A stretch of DNA of 64,000 bases, from positions 549-64,548 of the forward strand of contig CAYUFS010000031.1 in NCBI GenBank assembly GCA_964443975.1. Direction: 5' to 3'. The position numbers were made by a program, and so were the translations under genes. The stretch's first letter is position 1; every line of letters begins with the position of its first letter. Below the pieces are notes generated by a model. The model was not told the DNA's origin, searched no databases, and saw only the letters and a program-made list of their open reading frames with translations. The stretch is from an uncultured Myxococcales bacterium. GTDB taxonomy: Bacteria > Myxococcota_A > Polyangia > Fen-1088. Shown here one piece after another: positions 32,704 to 43,198 of this stretch.

Positions 32704-33393
32704 GTGTTCGTCGAGGTCACGAACGTCCACAAACGCTTCGGCGACCGCCCGGTCCTCGACGGGGTCTCGCTCGGCGTCGAGCGCGGCGAGGCCCTGGCCA
32801 TCATGGGACCGTCCGGGGCCGGGAAGACCACCCTGCTTCGCTGCCTCAATGGGCTCGAACAGCCGGACGCGGGCAGGGTGCGTGTGGGCACCCACGAGCT
32901 CGGTCCCGGGACGCCCGCGCCCGCCCTCGCGCTGGCGGCCATTCGACGCGAGGTCGGGTTCCTGTTCCAGCAGTGGAACCTGTTCTCGCATCTGACGGTG
33001 CTCGAGAACGTCGTCGAGGCGCCCGTCCATGTCGCCCGGCTTTCGCGTGACGTCGCCACCACCCGCGCCCGCGCGCTGCTGGAGCGCGTGGGCATCGGCG
33101 CGCGCGCCCAGGCCTACCCGCGCCAGCTCTCCGGAGGCGAGCAGCAGCGTGCCGCCATCGCCCGCGCCCTCGCCATGGAGCCCACGGTCCTGCTGCTCGA
33201 CGAGCCCACGAGCGCGCTCGACCGGGCCCGGGCCGACGAGCTGTTGAGCTTGCTCGGGAGCCTACGCGCGGGGGGGCTCACGCTGATCGCGGTCACGCAC
33301 GATCCCCGGTTCGCCGAGGGCCTGGCGGGACGCATCGCGACGCTCCGGGACGGCCGGGTCGGGGTCGCGTCGGCGGCTTCGCCGCCGGGCTGA
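32704..33393 (+). CDS. Amino-acid ABC transporter ATP-binding protein
   Basis: GPSGAGKTT, LSGGEQQR, LLLDEPTSALD, VTHD. Confidence 0.95.
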   Translation: MFVEVTNVHKRFGDRPVLDGVSLGVERGEALAIMGPSGAGKTTLLRCLNGLEQPDAGRVRVGTHELGPGTPAPALALAAIRREVGFLFQQWNLFSHLTVLENVVEAPVHVARLSRDVATTRARALLERVGIGARAQAYPRQLSGGEQQRAAIARALAMEPTVLLLDEPTSALDRARADELLSLLGSLRAGGLTLIAVTHDPRFAEGLAGRIATLRDGRVGVASAASPPG

Positions 33394-33411
33394 GTGTAGC
33401 GGCGGCGGCGC

Positions 33412-35157
33412 GTGCTTGCCTTTGCCTGTGACATTGGGCAACGTCAGCCCGCTTTGGTAGCGGATCGACCCATCGAGGGCAACGTCACCCCGGGCGTCTC
33501 GGTTCGACCGAGGTTCATCCTGCCGGCCGTCGTGGCGATCGTGGTGGCAACCGTCGTGGCGGCCGCCTTCGCGTGGGAGGTGCATGGCGCCGCCCCGGCC
33601 ACCATCGACGACGCCTACATCACGTTCGCCTTCTCGAAGAACGTGGCGCTTGGACACGGCCCCGTGTACGGCCACGGCGTGGTGGTCGAGGGGTATTCGA
33701 ACTTCCTGTGGATGATGGTGATGGCCGGCGGCCTGGCGGTGCGACCGCAGGCCGACCCCGCGGATCTCGCCCACTGGCTGGCGATCCCCTTCGTGGCGCT
33801 GCTGGCGTTCGCGACCTACCGGCTCGTCCGCGAACGATGCCGGCCGGTGTGGGCGGCCGCAGCGGCGACCCTCGCGGTGGTCAACGCCGACGCCGTGACG
33901 GCGTTTCAAATCGGCCTCGAGACCCTCCCGTACACGGCCCTCTTGACGTTTGCCTTCTGGCTTTACGTGCGCTCGTTCTCGATCCGCGGCGCGCAGCGGT
34001 GGGTCGTCCCCGCGTTCGTCGCGGTCGCCCTGATGCGCATCGATGGCTGCGTGCCGCTCGCCTTCCTGCTCGGCTTCGAGGCGCTGCGCCGCTTCCGACG
34101 ACGCAGAGCCTCGCCCGGCGGCCTGCGCGCTTACCTCGCCTGGGCGGTGCCGGGGCTCGCCGTCTACGCGTTGTGGTTCCTGTGGCGCTGGCACGAATAC
34201 GGTCTGCCGTTGCCGTCCACCTACTATGCGAAGGCCCTGCTGCCCAAGGCCCTCCCCCTTCACGGCTGGGAGTACGTGCGCGACGAGGTGCTGGCGAGCG
34301 GCACCTTCCTGGTCCTGCCGTTCGCGGCAGTCCTGTTGCTGAGCCGGAGGGTGGCCGCCTCGGCGATCGTCCTTTTCGTCGTCGGTCACGTCTTTTACGT
34401 CATGAAGGTCGGCGGTGACTGGATGCCCTATGGTCGCTTCTTGTTGCCGATCTTCCCCCTCGTCCTGGTCGTGGCGCTGTGGGGCGGCCGCGCGGCAGCC
34501 GCGCGGCTCGCGCGCCGCGCCCGACCGCTGGCGCTCGTCGCGACCTCGGCGTCCTTGCTGTTCATCGCCGCCGTCGCCTGCCGAACCGAGCCGCACCTCC
34601 TCGGAAGTCCCCTGCTCCGGCACAAGCGCGCGCTCGCCAGCGAGCAGTTCTTCCACGTTCAGCGGTTGAAGGAGGCGGCGAGCTTCCTGAACCTGGCGGT
34701 GCCCCCGGGTGGACGGCTCGTGACCGACTACGGCGGGGTGATGGCCTACTACACCGACGCGGCGCCGATCGAGATGTGGGGCCTCTGCAACGCGATGATC
34801 GCCACCCGCGGCGATCTCGAGGGTGTGAACGCCATCTACGGGCGGACCTGCCCGTCGTGTTACCCAGCCCTCGATCCCGAGTTCTTCCACGTCATGGCGC
34901 CCCTCGTCCGCTCCCTGGACGCGTTTCGCAATCACGACGAGGTGGTCCGCGGCGTGTGGCAGACGGACACCATCGGACGCTACCTCGACTTCCGCCAGGG
35001 CTTCGTGTCGGGACGAATCATGGACGTCGCCCGCAACCAGGCGGTGTTCTTCCTCGAGCGCCGCCGGCCCGCGGCGGTCTTTCGGGCGCGGACGGTGTCC
35101 CCCACGCTGTCCATCGACTATCCCTTCGAACCGGGGGGCCGCGCCCCCGGCGTCTGA
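33412..35157 (+). CDS. Polytopic membrane protein, probable GT-C fold glycosyltransferase
   Basis: IDDAYITFAFSKN...GHG...VEGYSNFLW loop, many TM helices, GGDWMPYGRFLLP. Start uncertain. Confidence 0.7.
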   Translation: MLAFACDIGQRQPALVADRPIEGNVTPGVSVRPRFILPAVVAIVVATVVAAAFAWEVHGAAPATIDDAYITFAFSKNVALGHGPVYGHGVVVEGYSNFLWMMVMAGGLAVRPQADPADLAHWLAIPFVALLAFATYRLVRERCRPVWAAAAATLAVVNADAVTAFQIGLETLPYTALLTFAFWLYVRSFSIRGAQRWVVPAFVAVALMRIDGCVPLAFLLGFEALRRFRRRRASPGGLRAYLAWAVPGLAVYALWFLWRWHEYGLPLPSTYYAKALLPKALPLHGWEYVRDEVLASGTFLVLPFAAVLLLSRRVAASAIVLFVVGHVFYVMKVGGDWMPYGRFLLPIFPLVLVVALWGGRAAAARLARRARPLALVATSASLLFIAAVACRTEPHLLGSPLLRHKRALASEQFFHVQRLKEAASFLNLAVPPGGRLVTDYGGVMAYYTDAAPIEMWGLCNAMIATRGDLEGVNAIYGRTCPSCYPALDPEFFHVMAPLVRSLDAFRNHDEVVRGVWQTDTIGRYLDFRQGFVSGRIMDVARNQAVFFLERRRPAAVFRARTVSPTLSIDYPFEPGGRAPGV

Positions 35158-35163
35158 CCAGGG

Positions 35164-36771
35164 TTAGCGCTCGAACATCTGGTCGACGGGTATGACGCGG
35201 ACGCTGTCGGCCGCGATCGGCAGCGGCTCCTTCTCGATCAGCTTGTCCTCGTCGAGGATCGCGGGGGGCGTGCCCTCGGTGTCATAGGTGATCGGCGTGG
35301 GCTTGCCGTCCAGCAGCCGCGCCTTCAGCTCGGCGGCCTTGTCCGCCACGATGGCGACCGCGAAGTGGTCCATCTGCAGGTGCTTGCGCACCGCCCGATC
35401 GACGTCGGCCTTCTTCATCTTGGGCAGCCGTGCCTTCAGCTCCTTGACCAGGTCCTTGCCGTACACCGCCGCGTCGATGGCGTAGCCGAGGCGCCGGGAC
35501 ACGTCCTGGGTCCACAGATCGGCGTAGTTCAGCAAGAAGCGCCGTGTGGACTCGAACCCCTCCTCGGGGATGCCCTTCTCGATGAGGCGGCGGGTGTAGT
35601 ACACCGCCCCCCGAAGCGCGAACAGCGCGTTCTGCGGCGGCACCGGGCGCAGCCAGATCTCGAAGTGCTGCTGGCGCCGGGGAACGTTGGGATGCGGGAA
35701 CGTCGACCAGCCGTCCTGGATGAAGTTCTCGACGTAGGCGTAGTCGCCGTAGTTGAGGCCGCGATCGGCGCGCAGGCGGTTCATCAGCACGCCGTTGAAC
35801 GTCCGGTGCTCGCCGAGGTAGGACCTGGCCACGGTCAACGCGTAGAAGTCGGGATCGGCGCGCGTGACCGCGATCGGGTAGCCGAGCGAGACGGCGTCCG
35901 CGCGCGCGTCCTTCTCGACGATCAGCACCTCGGCGCCCTTGCTCGCCTTGGGCTTCGGCAGCCTGGGCATCGGCTCTCCCGTGGCGGGGAGCACGGCGAA
36001 GCGCGCCGCGAACGCCTCGGCGAACCCGCTCGGATACCCGCCGGCGACGCCGATGATCAGGCGATCGCGCGTGAAGTGCCGGGCGTAGAACGTCTTCACG
36101 TCGTCGAGCGTGACCGCGCCGAGGCCGCCCGCCGTGCCGGGGGTAGCATGGCCGTAGGGATGCCCGGCGTACATCATTCCCGCCAGCGCCCGCTTGCCCA
36201 GCTCCTCGTCGTCGTTGCCTCGCAGCGACTTGGTCACATAGTCGAGGGCGTTCTGGCGCTGGCGCGTGAAGTCCTCGTCCGCGAACCGAGGCTCGAGGAT
36301 CTGCTCGGCCAGCAGATCGGCGAACGCGGCGAGGTTGTCCCGGTGCACGGTCCCTTCGAACACGATGGACTCGACGTCACCGATGACCTGGATCCGCGCC
36401 GCCAGCGGATAGAGCGCGTCGAGGACCTCGGCGTAGGTTCGCCGGCGCGTGCCACCCTGCCCGACGACGTCCGAGGTCAGCGCGGCCAGGCCCTCCTTGC
36501 CGGCGGGATCGTCCGCGGAGCCCACATGGAAGAACACCCGCAAGGCGACCAGCGGGCTCATCGGCGACGGGACGAAGACGGTGCGCGGCATACCTTTCAC
36601 CTTTCGAGCGTTGCTGCGAGCGGCGGCGGACTTTCCTGCGAGCCCCGGCCCGGTCGCCGGCGGCGGCGATGCGTTGGTCGCAGGAGCGCCCTCGGCGCGG
36701 GCGGGCCCCGCAGGCGCGACCAGCAGCGCCGCCAGGCCGGCCGCCGCCACCAAGCGTCGACGGTCACTCAT
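35164..36771 (-). CDS. M16 (pitrilysin) family protein, non-catalytic subunit
   Basis: M16 fold motifs (FHVGSADDPAGKEGLA, LRADRGLNYG) but lacks HxxEH. Confidence 0.88.
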   Translation of the reverse strand: MSDRRRLVAAAGLAALLVAPAGPARAEGAPATNASPPPATGPGLAGKSAAARSNARKVKGMPRTVFVPSPMSPLVALRVFFHVGSADDPAGKEGLAALTSDVVGQGGTRRRTYAEVLDALYPLAARIQVIGDVESIVFEGTVHRDNLAAFADLLAEQILEPRFADEDFTRQRQNALDYVTKSLRGNDDEELGKRALAGMMYAGHPYGHATPGTAGGLGAVTLDDVKTFYARHFTRDRLIIGVAGGYPSGFAEAFAARFAVLPATGEPMPRLPKPKASKGAEVLIVEKDARADAVSLGYPIAVTRADPDFYALTVARSYLGEHRTFNGVLMNRLRADRGLNYGDYAYVENFIQDGWSTFPHPNVPRRQQHFEIWLRPVPPQNALFALRGAVYYTRRLIEKGIPEEGFESTRRFLLNYADLWTQDVSRRLGYAIDAAVYGKDLVKELKARLPKMKKADVDRAVRKHLQMDHFAVAIVADKAAELKARLLDGKPTPITYDTEGTPPAILDEDKLIEKEPLPIAADSVRVIPVDQMFER

Positions 36772-38225
36772 CGATCGGCCCTCAGCGTGACGGTGGTGCG
36801 GTTCGCCGGCACGAAGTACGTCTGCGCGACCCGCTTCACGTCCGCGGGCGTGACCTTGTCGTAGAGCGCGAAATAGCCGTTGATGGCGTCAATCTTTCCC
36901 GTCAACGCCACGAATTGAGCGGCGACATTCGCGGTCTTGTCGGCGGTCGCCAGCTGGGCCGCGAAGCCGTACTTGACGTGCGACAGCACCTCGCCGAGCG
37001 TCTTCGCGTCCACCCCTTCGCGCGCCACGCGCGCGAGCTCCGCGGTGACGGTGCTCTCGACGTACGGCAGATCCTCGGGCTTCTTCACGCGCGCGAAGAC
37101 GGTGAACAGGTTTGGATCGACGTGCGCGTCGTTCGAGCCAGAGATGGACTCCACCTTTTGCTCCGTGATCACCAGCTTCTTGTACAGCGCCCCGCGCTCC
37201 GCGAACACCAGCTCGGCCAGCACGTCGAGCGCCGGGAGGTCGACGTTCGTGGTCGAGAATCCGGGGGTGTGATAGCCAACGAGGAGCTGCGGCAGCGTGG
37301 CGCCCTTCCAGCCGAGGGCGGCGCTCTTCTCCTTCGTCTGGGGGGGCTCGCTCGGCACGGCGGGACGCGGGGGCCCCGCCTGCCATGCTCCGTAGGCGTC
37401 CTCGATCAGCTTCCACGCCGCGGCCGTGTCGACGTCGCCGACGATCAGCAGGGTCACGTTGTCGGGACGGTAGTAACGATCGAAGAACTGCCGGGAATAC
37501 GCGAACTGCCGCGGCATCGCCTCGATGTCCTTCAGGAAGCCGATGGTCGTGTGCTTGTAGGTGTGCTTGACGTAGGCGTTGTCGTACAACGCCTCGAACA
37601 TCTTCTGCAGCGGATTCGAGGCGCCTTTGTTGTATTCGCCCAGGACCGCCCGCGCCTCCTTCTCGAAGTCGGGCTCCGCGTACTTGAGGTGCTGGAAGCG
37701 ATCGGCCTCGATCTCGACGATCTTGGGGAGCGCCGCCTTGCCGGCCAGTATGTGATACACGGTCAGGTCTTCGGAGGTATACGCGTTCGAGTCCGCGCCC
37801 ATCTGCTTGATGACGTCGTTGTAGGCCTCCTGCGAGTACCTGTCGGTCCCGCGAAACATCATGTGCTCGAAGAAGTGGGCGAAGCCCGACTTGCCCGGCT
37901 CGACCTCGTTGCGGCTGCCGGTGCGGACGACAGAGTAGTACGCCAGCAAGCCAGGCGAGTCGTAGTGCACGACGTAGGCCCGCAGGCCATTCGCGAACAC
38001 CCTCTCGTCGACGGGAAAGGGAAAGGCCTCGCCGGACTTCTTCATCGTCGTCTCCTGACTGGCAATGGCGGGCGTGGGCGGCACCCCGGCGCTGGAGCCT
38101 GGCCGGGTCGCGGCGGGCGCGGCCTCGGTGGCGCGCGCGGTGAAGTGAGGCGTCACGAACAAGGAGATCGCGACGAAGAACGCCGGCCCAGCACCTGACG
38201 GCAGCGAAAACGGGAGCAGCCTCAT
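36768..38225 (-). CDS. M16 (pitrilysin) family zinc peptidase, catalytic subunit
   Basis: GSRNEVEPGKSGFAHFFEHMMFRG (HxxEH), NAYTSEDLTVY; ATG at 38225 (ORF open from 38291). Confidence 0.92.
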   Translation of the reverse strand: MRLLPFSLPSGAGPAFFVAISLFVTPHFTARATEAAPAATRPGSSAGVPPTPAIASQETTMKKSGEAFPFPVDERVFANGLRAYVVHYDSPGLLAYYSVVRTGSRNEVEPGKSGFAHFFEHMMFRGTDRYSQEAYNDVIKQMGADSNAYTSEDLTVYHILAGKAALPKIVEIEADRFQHLKYAEPDFEKEARAVLGEYNKGASNPLQKMFEALYDNAYVKHTYKHTTIGFLKDIEAMPRQFAYSRQFFDRYYRPDNVTLLIVGDVDTAAAWKLIEDAYGAWQAGPPRPAVPSEPPQTKEKSAALGWKGATLPQLLVGYHTPGFSTTNVDLPALDVLAELVFAERGALYKKLVITEQKVESISGSNDAHVDPNLFTVFARVKKPEDLPYVESTVTAELARVAREGVDAKTLGEVLSHVKYGFAAQLATADKTANVAAQFVALTGKIDAINGYFALYDKVTPADVKRVAQTYFVPANRTTVTLRADR

Positions 38226-38335
38226 CGAACCTCCTTGGTCATCCTTGCGGACGCGCGGAGTATATGTCGCAGGCCGGGGTTCGCTAGCCACGGCCCGGCA
38301 GCGCGCCGGGAGCGGGCCCGGTACAATCGAGGCGC

Positions 38336-39565
38336 ATGTCCTCCTTCTCGTCCTCGTCCTTCCCGGTGCCCGCAGCTGCCGGCGGCGCGTTCGCCCTGGT
38401 GGGACGCGTGCTCGACCGCGGCGGCTCGAGCACCCCCGGCGCCGTGGTCGTGGAGGCAGGACGCGTGGTGGCCGTCGAGGCCAACGCCGACGATCCCCGG
38501 CTGCCGTCGCGTCGCTGGCGCGCGGCCTACGTCGCGGCGGGCTTCGTCGATCTCCAGGTCAATGGGGGGTTCGGCCACGAGGTCGGCGCCGATCCCACGG
38601 CCTTGCGGGCGCTCGCGGCGAAGCTGCCGTCGACGGGCGTCACCGCGTTCCTGCCCACCCTGGTCAGCGGCCCGGCGGAGGCGTACGCCGCGAGCCTGGC
38701 GGCGGTCGACGAGGTCCGGCTGGAGGGCGCGCGCGGCGGCGCGCCCTCGTCCGCGCGGATCCTCGGCGTCCACCTCGAGGGCCCCCTGTTGTCGACGGCG
38801 CGCGCGGGGATTCACGCCCGCGCCGCGATCGACGCCGCGACGCCGTCGCTGGTGGACGGCCTGGCCGATCCGGCGCGCGTCCGTCTCGTGACCCTCGCGC
38901 CCGAACGTCCGGGCGCCCTCGAGCTGATCCGGCGGCTGCGCGCGCGCGGAATTACGGTCAGCCTGGGCCACACCGACGCGTCCTTCGAGGCGTTCACGGC
39001 GGGCGTCGATGCCGGCGCCACCGTGGCCACCCACCTGTGGAACGCCATGTCCCCCTTTCATCATCGCGCGCCGGGAGCCGCCGGGGCGGCCCTGTTCGAC
39101 GACCGGGTCGTCGCGCTGGCCATCGCCGATGGCATTCACGTCCACCCGGCCGCGTTCGCGGTCGCGCTGCGCGCGAAGGGGCTCGACCGGCTCGGCCTGG
39201 TGACGGACGCGATCGCGGGCGCCGGGCTCGGCCCTGGGCCAACGACGCTCGCCGGTCAGGCAGTCACGATCGACGGGACGGGCGCCCGCCTGCGGGACGG
39301 CACGCTCGCGGGGTCGTCGCTGACGCTCGACCAGGCAGTCCGCAACGCCGCGCTGTTCGCGAGCCTCTCGCCTGGCGAGGCGGTTCACCTCGCTTCGGAG
39401 GTGCCGGCGCGGGTGCTTCGCCTCGGGCCCGGGTCGTCGCCCTTCGCACCGGGCTCCCCGGCCGATCTCGTGCTCCTCGACGAGCAGCTCACGGTGCAGG
39501 CGACGTTCGTGGGCGGGCGTCTCGCATACCGGCGGGACGACGCCGACGGCCACGTTGGACCGTGA
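38336..39565 (+). CDS. nagA: N-acetylglucosamine-6-phosphate deacetylase
   Basis: GFVDLQVNGG, HLEGP, GHT, THLWNAM, DGIHV, VTDA, LAGS. Confidence 0.93.
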   Translation: MSSFSSSSFPVPAAAGGAFALVGRVLDRGGSSTPGAVVVEAGRVVAVEANADDPRLPSRRWRAAYVAAGFVDLQVNGGFGHEVGADPTALRALAAKLPSTGVTAFLPTLVSGPAEAYAASLAAVDEVRLEGARGGAPSSARILGVHLEGPLLSTARAGIHARAAIDAATPSLVDGLADPARVRLVTLAPERPGALELIRRLRARGITVSLGHTDASFEAFTAGVDAGATVATHLWNAMSPFHHRAPGAAGAALFDDRVVALAIADGIHVHPAAFAVALRAKGLDRLGLVTDAIAGAGLGPGPTTLAGQAVTIDGTGARLRDGTLAGSSLTLDQAVRNAALFASLSPGEAVHLASEVPARVLRLGPGSSPFAPGSPADLVLLDEQLTVQATFVGGRLAYRRDDADGHVGP

Positions 39566-39578
39566 GCCTCAGGCCCCC

Positions 39579-39612
39579 GGGTCGGAGGTCAACCGAAGCT
39601 GACCTCCGACCC
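39579..39612. terminator. Perfect 13-bp stem-loop between convergent genes (terminator or REP-like)
   Basis: GGGTCGGAGGTCA-ACCGAAGC-TGACCTCCGACCC, 13 nt after the nagA stop; no U-tract. Confidence 0.55.
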
Positions 39613-39736
39613 CCCCGGGTTCCAGCTCCCCACGAGATACAAAGTAGCCCGAGAACAGCGGAGAGATTGTTTCGGTTGGGAACGATCTTCGTAACAACCT
39701 CCGCCGATCGACCGAGCGCCCGGTCGGGTCCTTCTG

Positions 39737-41128
39737 CTACGGCAAGCTGCGCGCGCAACGCAACCCGCGGCGACTGTCGGGCAAGGCGGCGATGATGCCG
39801 AGGCGCGTGGTCACGGCCAAGAAGGACGGGTCCGTCGAGATGAAGTCGCCGCCGCGAAAGGCCCGGCCCCCGTCCACCGGCTCCGTGAGCAGCGCGCAAT
39901 TGTCGCATGGGCCCCGCGCATACGGGGCGTACGCATCGAGGACCCACTCCCAGAGGCTCCCCGCCAGATCCCGATGTCCCCAGCGGCCGGCTCCCATCGC
40001 GAGGCTACCCGCCACGGGTAGGTCGGCGTCGTCACACAAGGGATCGCCATCGAACAGGCATCCAAACACGGCGAGATCGATCGTGGGCTCCTGGTTGCCC
40101 CAGGGGTAGGTTCGCTGCTCGTCACCGCCGGCCGCGGCATACTCCCATTCGGCCTCCGTGGGCAGGCGCTTGCCCTCCCACGCGCAGAACGCAAACGCCT
40201 CGTACCACGAGATGCAGCTGATGGGACGCGCTTCGTTCGCCCCCTCGTTCTTTGCCACCGCCGTCCAGGGACCGCCGCAGGATTGGATGGCGACGTTGAA
40301 CCCGTCCGCTGACCTCGGAAGTTGGTCGTTCCAGTCAGATTGCCAGCCGCTACCCGGGATGAGGGGGTGGGCGCCAGCCCCATCCTCGGGCGGCGCACCG
40401 CTGTAGCTGGCCAGGAACCTGCGAAAGCGACCGACCGTGACTTCGTATTCGTCCAGCGCGAAGGGCGCGACCGTGACCATGTGGGACGGATGCTCATTGT
40501 CGCTCCCGAGCCCGGGCGCGCTCCCTGCCACGAAGGCGCCGCCGGGTATCGCCAGGAGATCGGCGCACGGGGGACTCACGCCGTCGGCGGCGCACGGATG
40601 AGGCGCGACCAGCAAAGTGATCGTGGTCCGCCCGATCTGGCCCAGCCCTCCAGCTTCGACGACCTCGAGCGTGATCGAGTGCGCCCCGATCTGGGAGGTC
40701 GAGAACGAGACGCGCATGCCGGCGGGGTCCGGCGAAATCGCCAGGTACGCACCCCTTTCATCCTGAACGTTCCAAAAGAACGACACCGCTGAGCCCTCGG
40801 GATCGAAGCTGCCCTCGGCGGACAAGAACACGGTGGAGCCGGGGGCTGGGCCATCTGGCGGGGGCGCGTCCGCGGTGAAGGGGTAGTCGGAGTCATCGCG
40901 CGGTTGGGTCAACTGAAAGCTGATCTTCGCGACCGGCGGCAGGTTCGCGGTCGAGGTCGCGCCACCGCCACCGCCCCCGCCTGGCCCACCGCCCGGCGCC
41001 CGCACGGGGGAAGACGAGCCCGCGCATCCGAGCGCGAGCAGGGTCAGCGCGATCGCGGGAGAGCTCGCGGCAGCGCAAATGCCTCGCTGTGGCCCGTCCA
41101 TTCTTCTCGCAAACTCCATCAGCTTCAC
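39737..41128 (-). CDS. Lipoprotein with PKD-like domain and FGE-sulfatase (SUMF1) fold domain
   Basis: Lipobox LGC; LSAEGSFDPEG (PKD-like); FALDEYEVTV, ISWYEAFAFC, RLPTEAEWEYAA, DLAGSLWEWV. Confidence 0.87.
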   Translation of the reverse strand: MKLMEFARRMDGPQRGICAAASSPAIALTLLALGCAGSSSPVRAPGGGPGGGGGGGATSTANLPPVAKISFQLTQPRDDSDYPFTADAPPPDGPAPGSTVFLSAEGSFDPEGSAVSFFWNVQDERGAYLAISPDPAGMRVSFSTSQIGAHSITLEVVEAGGLGQIGRTTITLLVAPHPCAADGVSPPCADLLAIPGGAFVAGSAPGLGSDNEHPSHMVTVAPFALDEYEVTVGRFRRFLASYSGAPPEDGAGAHPLIPGSGWQSDWNDQLPRSADGFNVAIQSCGGPWTAVAKNEGANEARPISCISWYEAFAFCAWEGKRLPTEAEWEYAAAGGDEQRTYPWGNQEPTIDLAVFGCLFDGDPLCDDADLPVAGSLAMGAGRWGHRDLAGSLWEWVLDAYAPYARGPCDNCALLTEPVDGGRAFRGGDFISTDPSFLAVTTRLGIIAALPDSRRGLRCARSLP

Positions 41129-41359
41129 CGACGCATGGGGCGATCGTCCGGGGGATCGTCGCCTCGTTTGGTCGAGACGTCAATTCGCTCGACGGGCTGC
41201 TTCCGACGGCACGACCGGCTGCCGGGGGGCTGACTCCGATTTCACGGAGTGCCGGAGGGCACACAAGCAAAACGCCGTCCGATCTCGCGATCGGACGGCG
41301 CTCTCGGTTCATTCTGTCCCTTGCTGCCCCTTGCTACCCCTCGGGGTTGCCGCTCGGGC

Positions 41360-43198
41360 TTACATGCTGCCGGCGATGCGGCTGCGGAAGGCGTCGCTCA
41401 TCACGATCGAGCGAATCACGCTCTGCAAGCTGCCGTCGGTCGACTGCGCCTTGGCAGACAGGTAACCGATCCACGAACCGTCGTCGGTCTGATTCATGAG
41501 CCGGCCGATGCCGAAGGTCATGAACTTCTGGGTCACGCAGCTCGGCAAACGAGGGTCGCTTGCGATGATGCCGCCAAGCTGGATGGCGCCATTGAACATC
41601 GTGCCGTCCGGCAGGACGCCGCTCGAATCGACCTGAGCGCCCGAATCCGTGGTGCGATAGGCACCAACGGCGTCATAGTTCTCGAGGCCGAAACCAATTG
41701 GATCCATCAGGTTGTGGCAGGGGCTGCAGTTCGGGCTTGCCCGGTGCATTTCCATGCGCTGCCGGAGAGTCTGGCCGGGCACCACCATTTCACTCAGCGG
41801 CGGAATGTTCGCCGGCGGATCCGGGACCTCGTCGCACAAGAGCCGACGGAACACGTACTCGCCACGGCGCACCGGAGACGTGCGGTTCGGGTAGGCGGTG
41901 TTCGTCAGGAACGCCCCGAGCGTCAGGAGCCCCTGGCGCGTGGTGCCCGTGGTGTCCACCTTCACGAAGTCGGTGGCGTTGGACGCGCCCGTGCGGTTGA
42001 GGCCGTAGTACGTCGCCAGGTTCGCGTCGACGAAGGTGAAGGGCGCGTTGAGGATCCCGGTCACGTTGAGGGGATTGTGCAAGAACTCTTGCATGTACCG
42101 GCGGGCCTCACCCTTGAACGACGTCTCGAGCGCGTTCGTGTAGAGCGGGTACAGCATGACGTCGACGTCGTGCGAATCGAGGCTCACGAAGTCGAGCCAC
42201 TTGCCCGAGAAGTTGTCGAGCAGCGTATCGGCGCGCGGATCGGCGAGCATGCGCGTCACCTGCGCGGAGACCTGGTCGTCGGTCGTCAGCTGTCCCATAT
42301 CCGCCGCCGTAGACAGCGTGGCGTCGGGCATCGTGCTCCACAGCGCGTACGAGAGCCGGGTGGCGAGCTCGTAGGAATTGAGGCGCCGGACCGTCCCCGA
42401 GTTCGGATCCGGATCGATCTCTAGCTTGTAGAGGAAGTAGGGCGAGATGAGGACACCCTCCAGTGCCGCCTTGATGCCGTCGAGGGCCGTGAGGCCGAGC
42501 GTCTTGGCAGCGGTGTAAGGCGCCATCATCGCCGTCACCTCATCCGTGGTCGCCGGGCGACGCCACGCCTTGCGCGCGAAGGCCGTCAGAATCGTCTTGG
42601 CGCAGGTGTCGCCCGCCGTCATGACATCGCACGTCGCGACCGTCTTCTGTCGCGTCGCATCCGAGAAAAGATCCGTGATCAAGCTGGTCGCCGCCTGCTC
42701 GTAGCTGACGACATACTCCGGCGCGGTGCTGAGGGCCGAACCGACCGTGTCGAACTCGGCGCCGAGATCATCGCCCGGGAACGTGTCACCCGGGGTCAGC
42801 TTGGTGCCGAGCAGGTCGGCGACGGTGTTGTTGTACTCGACCCGATTGAGTCGTCGCACCACCATGTACCCAGGGTTTTGCGGGGGATTCGCCGGGACGG
42901 TCACGACGACCGTGCCCCCCGATCCGCCTGAACCCGAGCTGGTCTTGGTCCCGCCAGTTCCGGCGGAGCCGCCCGAGACGGTCGTTCCCCCCGTCCCCGA
43001 GCCGCCGGCGGTCTTGGTCCCGCCGCTCCCGCTGCCATTGTTCACCCCACCCGACGTGCCACCCGAGCCTGAGCCCGAGCCCGCCCCCGGAGCGCCGTTC
43101 GAGCCGGGCTTCGGGTTCATGACGGCGCCGGTACATCCCAGCGACAGCAGCAGCGCGATACTCGCGCCTGCCATCAGGCCATGATTCAAGCGTTCCAT
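41360..43198 (-). CDS. DUF1587/1595/1592/1588/1585 (PSD) domain lipoprotein with one CxxCH motif
   Basis: Lipobox LGC and Gly/Thr linker; RRLNRVEYNNTV, FARKAWRRP, LATRLSYALW, TSPVRRG, CSPCH, DPIGFGLENYDAVG. Confidence 0.9.
   Translation of the reverse strand: MERLNHGLMAGASIALLLSLGCTGAVMNPKPGSNGAPGAGSGSGSGGTSGGVNNGSGSGGTKTAGGSGTGGTTVSGGSAGTGGTKTSSGSGGSGGTVVVTVPANPPQNPGYMVVRRLNRVEYNNTVADLLGTKLTPGDTFPGDDLGAEFDTVGSALSTAPEYVVSYEQAATSLITDLFSDATRQKTVATCDVMTAGDTCAKTILTAFARKAWRRPATTDEVTAMMAPYTAAKTLGLTALDGIKAALEGVLISPYFLYKLEIDPDPNSGTVRRLNSYELATRLSYALWSTMPDATLSTAADMGQLTTDDQVSAQVTRMLADPRADTLLDNFSGKWLDFVSLDSHDVDVMLYPLYTNALETSFKGEARRYMQEFLHNPLNVTGILNAPFTFVDANLATYYGLNRTGASNATDFVKVDTTGTTRQGLLTLGAFLTNTAYPNRTSPVRRGEYVFRRLLCDEVPDPPANIPPLSEMVVPGQTLRQRMEMHRASPNCSPCHNLMDPIGFGLENYDAVGAYRTTDSGAQVDSSGVLPDGTMFNGAIQLGGIIASDPRLPSCVTQKFMTFGIGRLMNQTDDGSWIGYLSAKAQSTDGSLQSVIRSIVMSDAFRSRIAGSM

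Noticed and set aside
35164-38225. M16 peptidase pair as a novelty
   Set aside because: An active HxxEH subunit plus an inactive partner is the common heterodimeric M16B arrangement.
39737-41128. Active formylglycine-generating enzyme
   Set aside because: The catalytic Cys pair after RGGxF is absent and no sulfatase is adjacent; called FGE-fold only.
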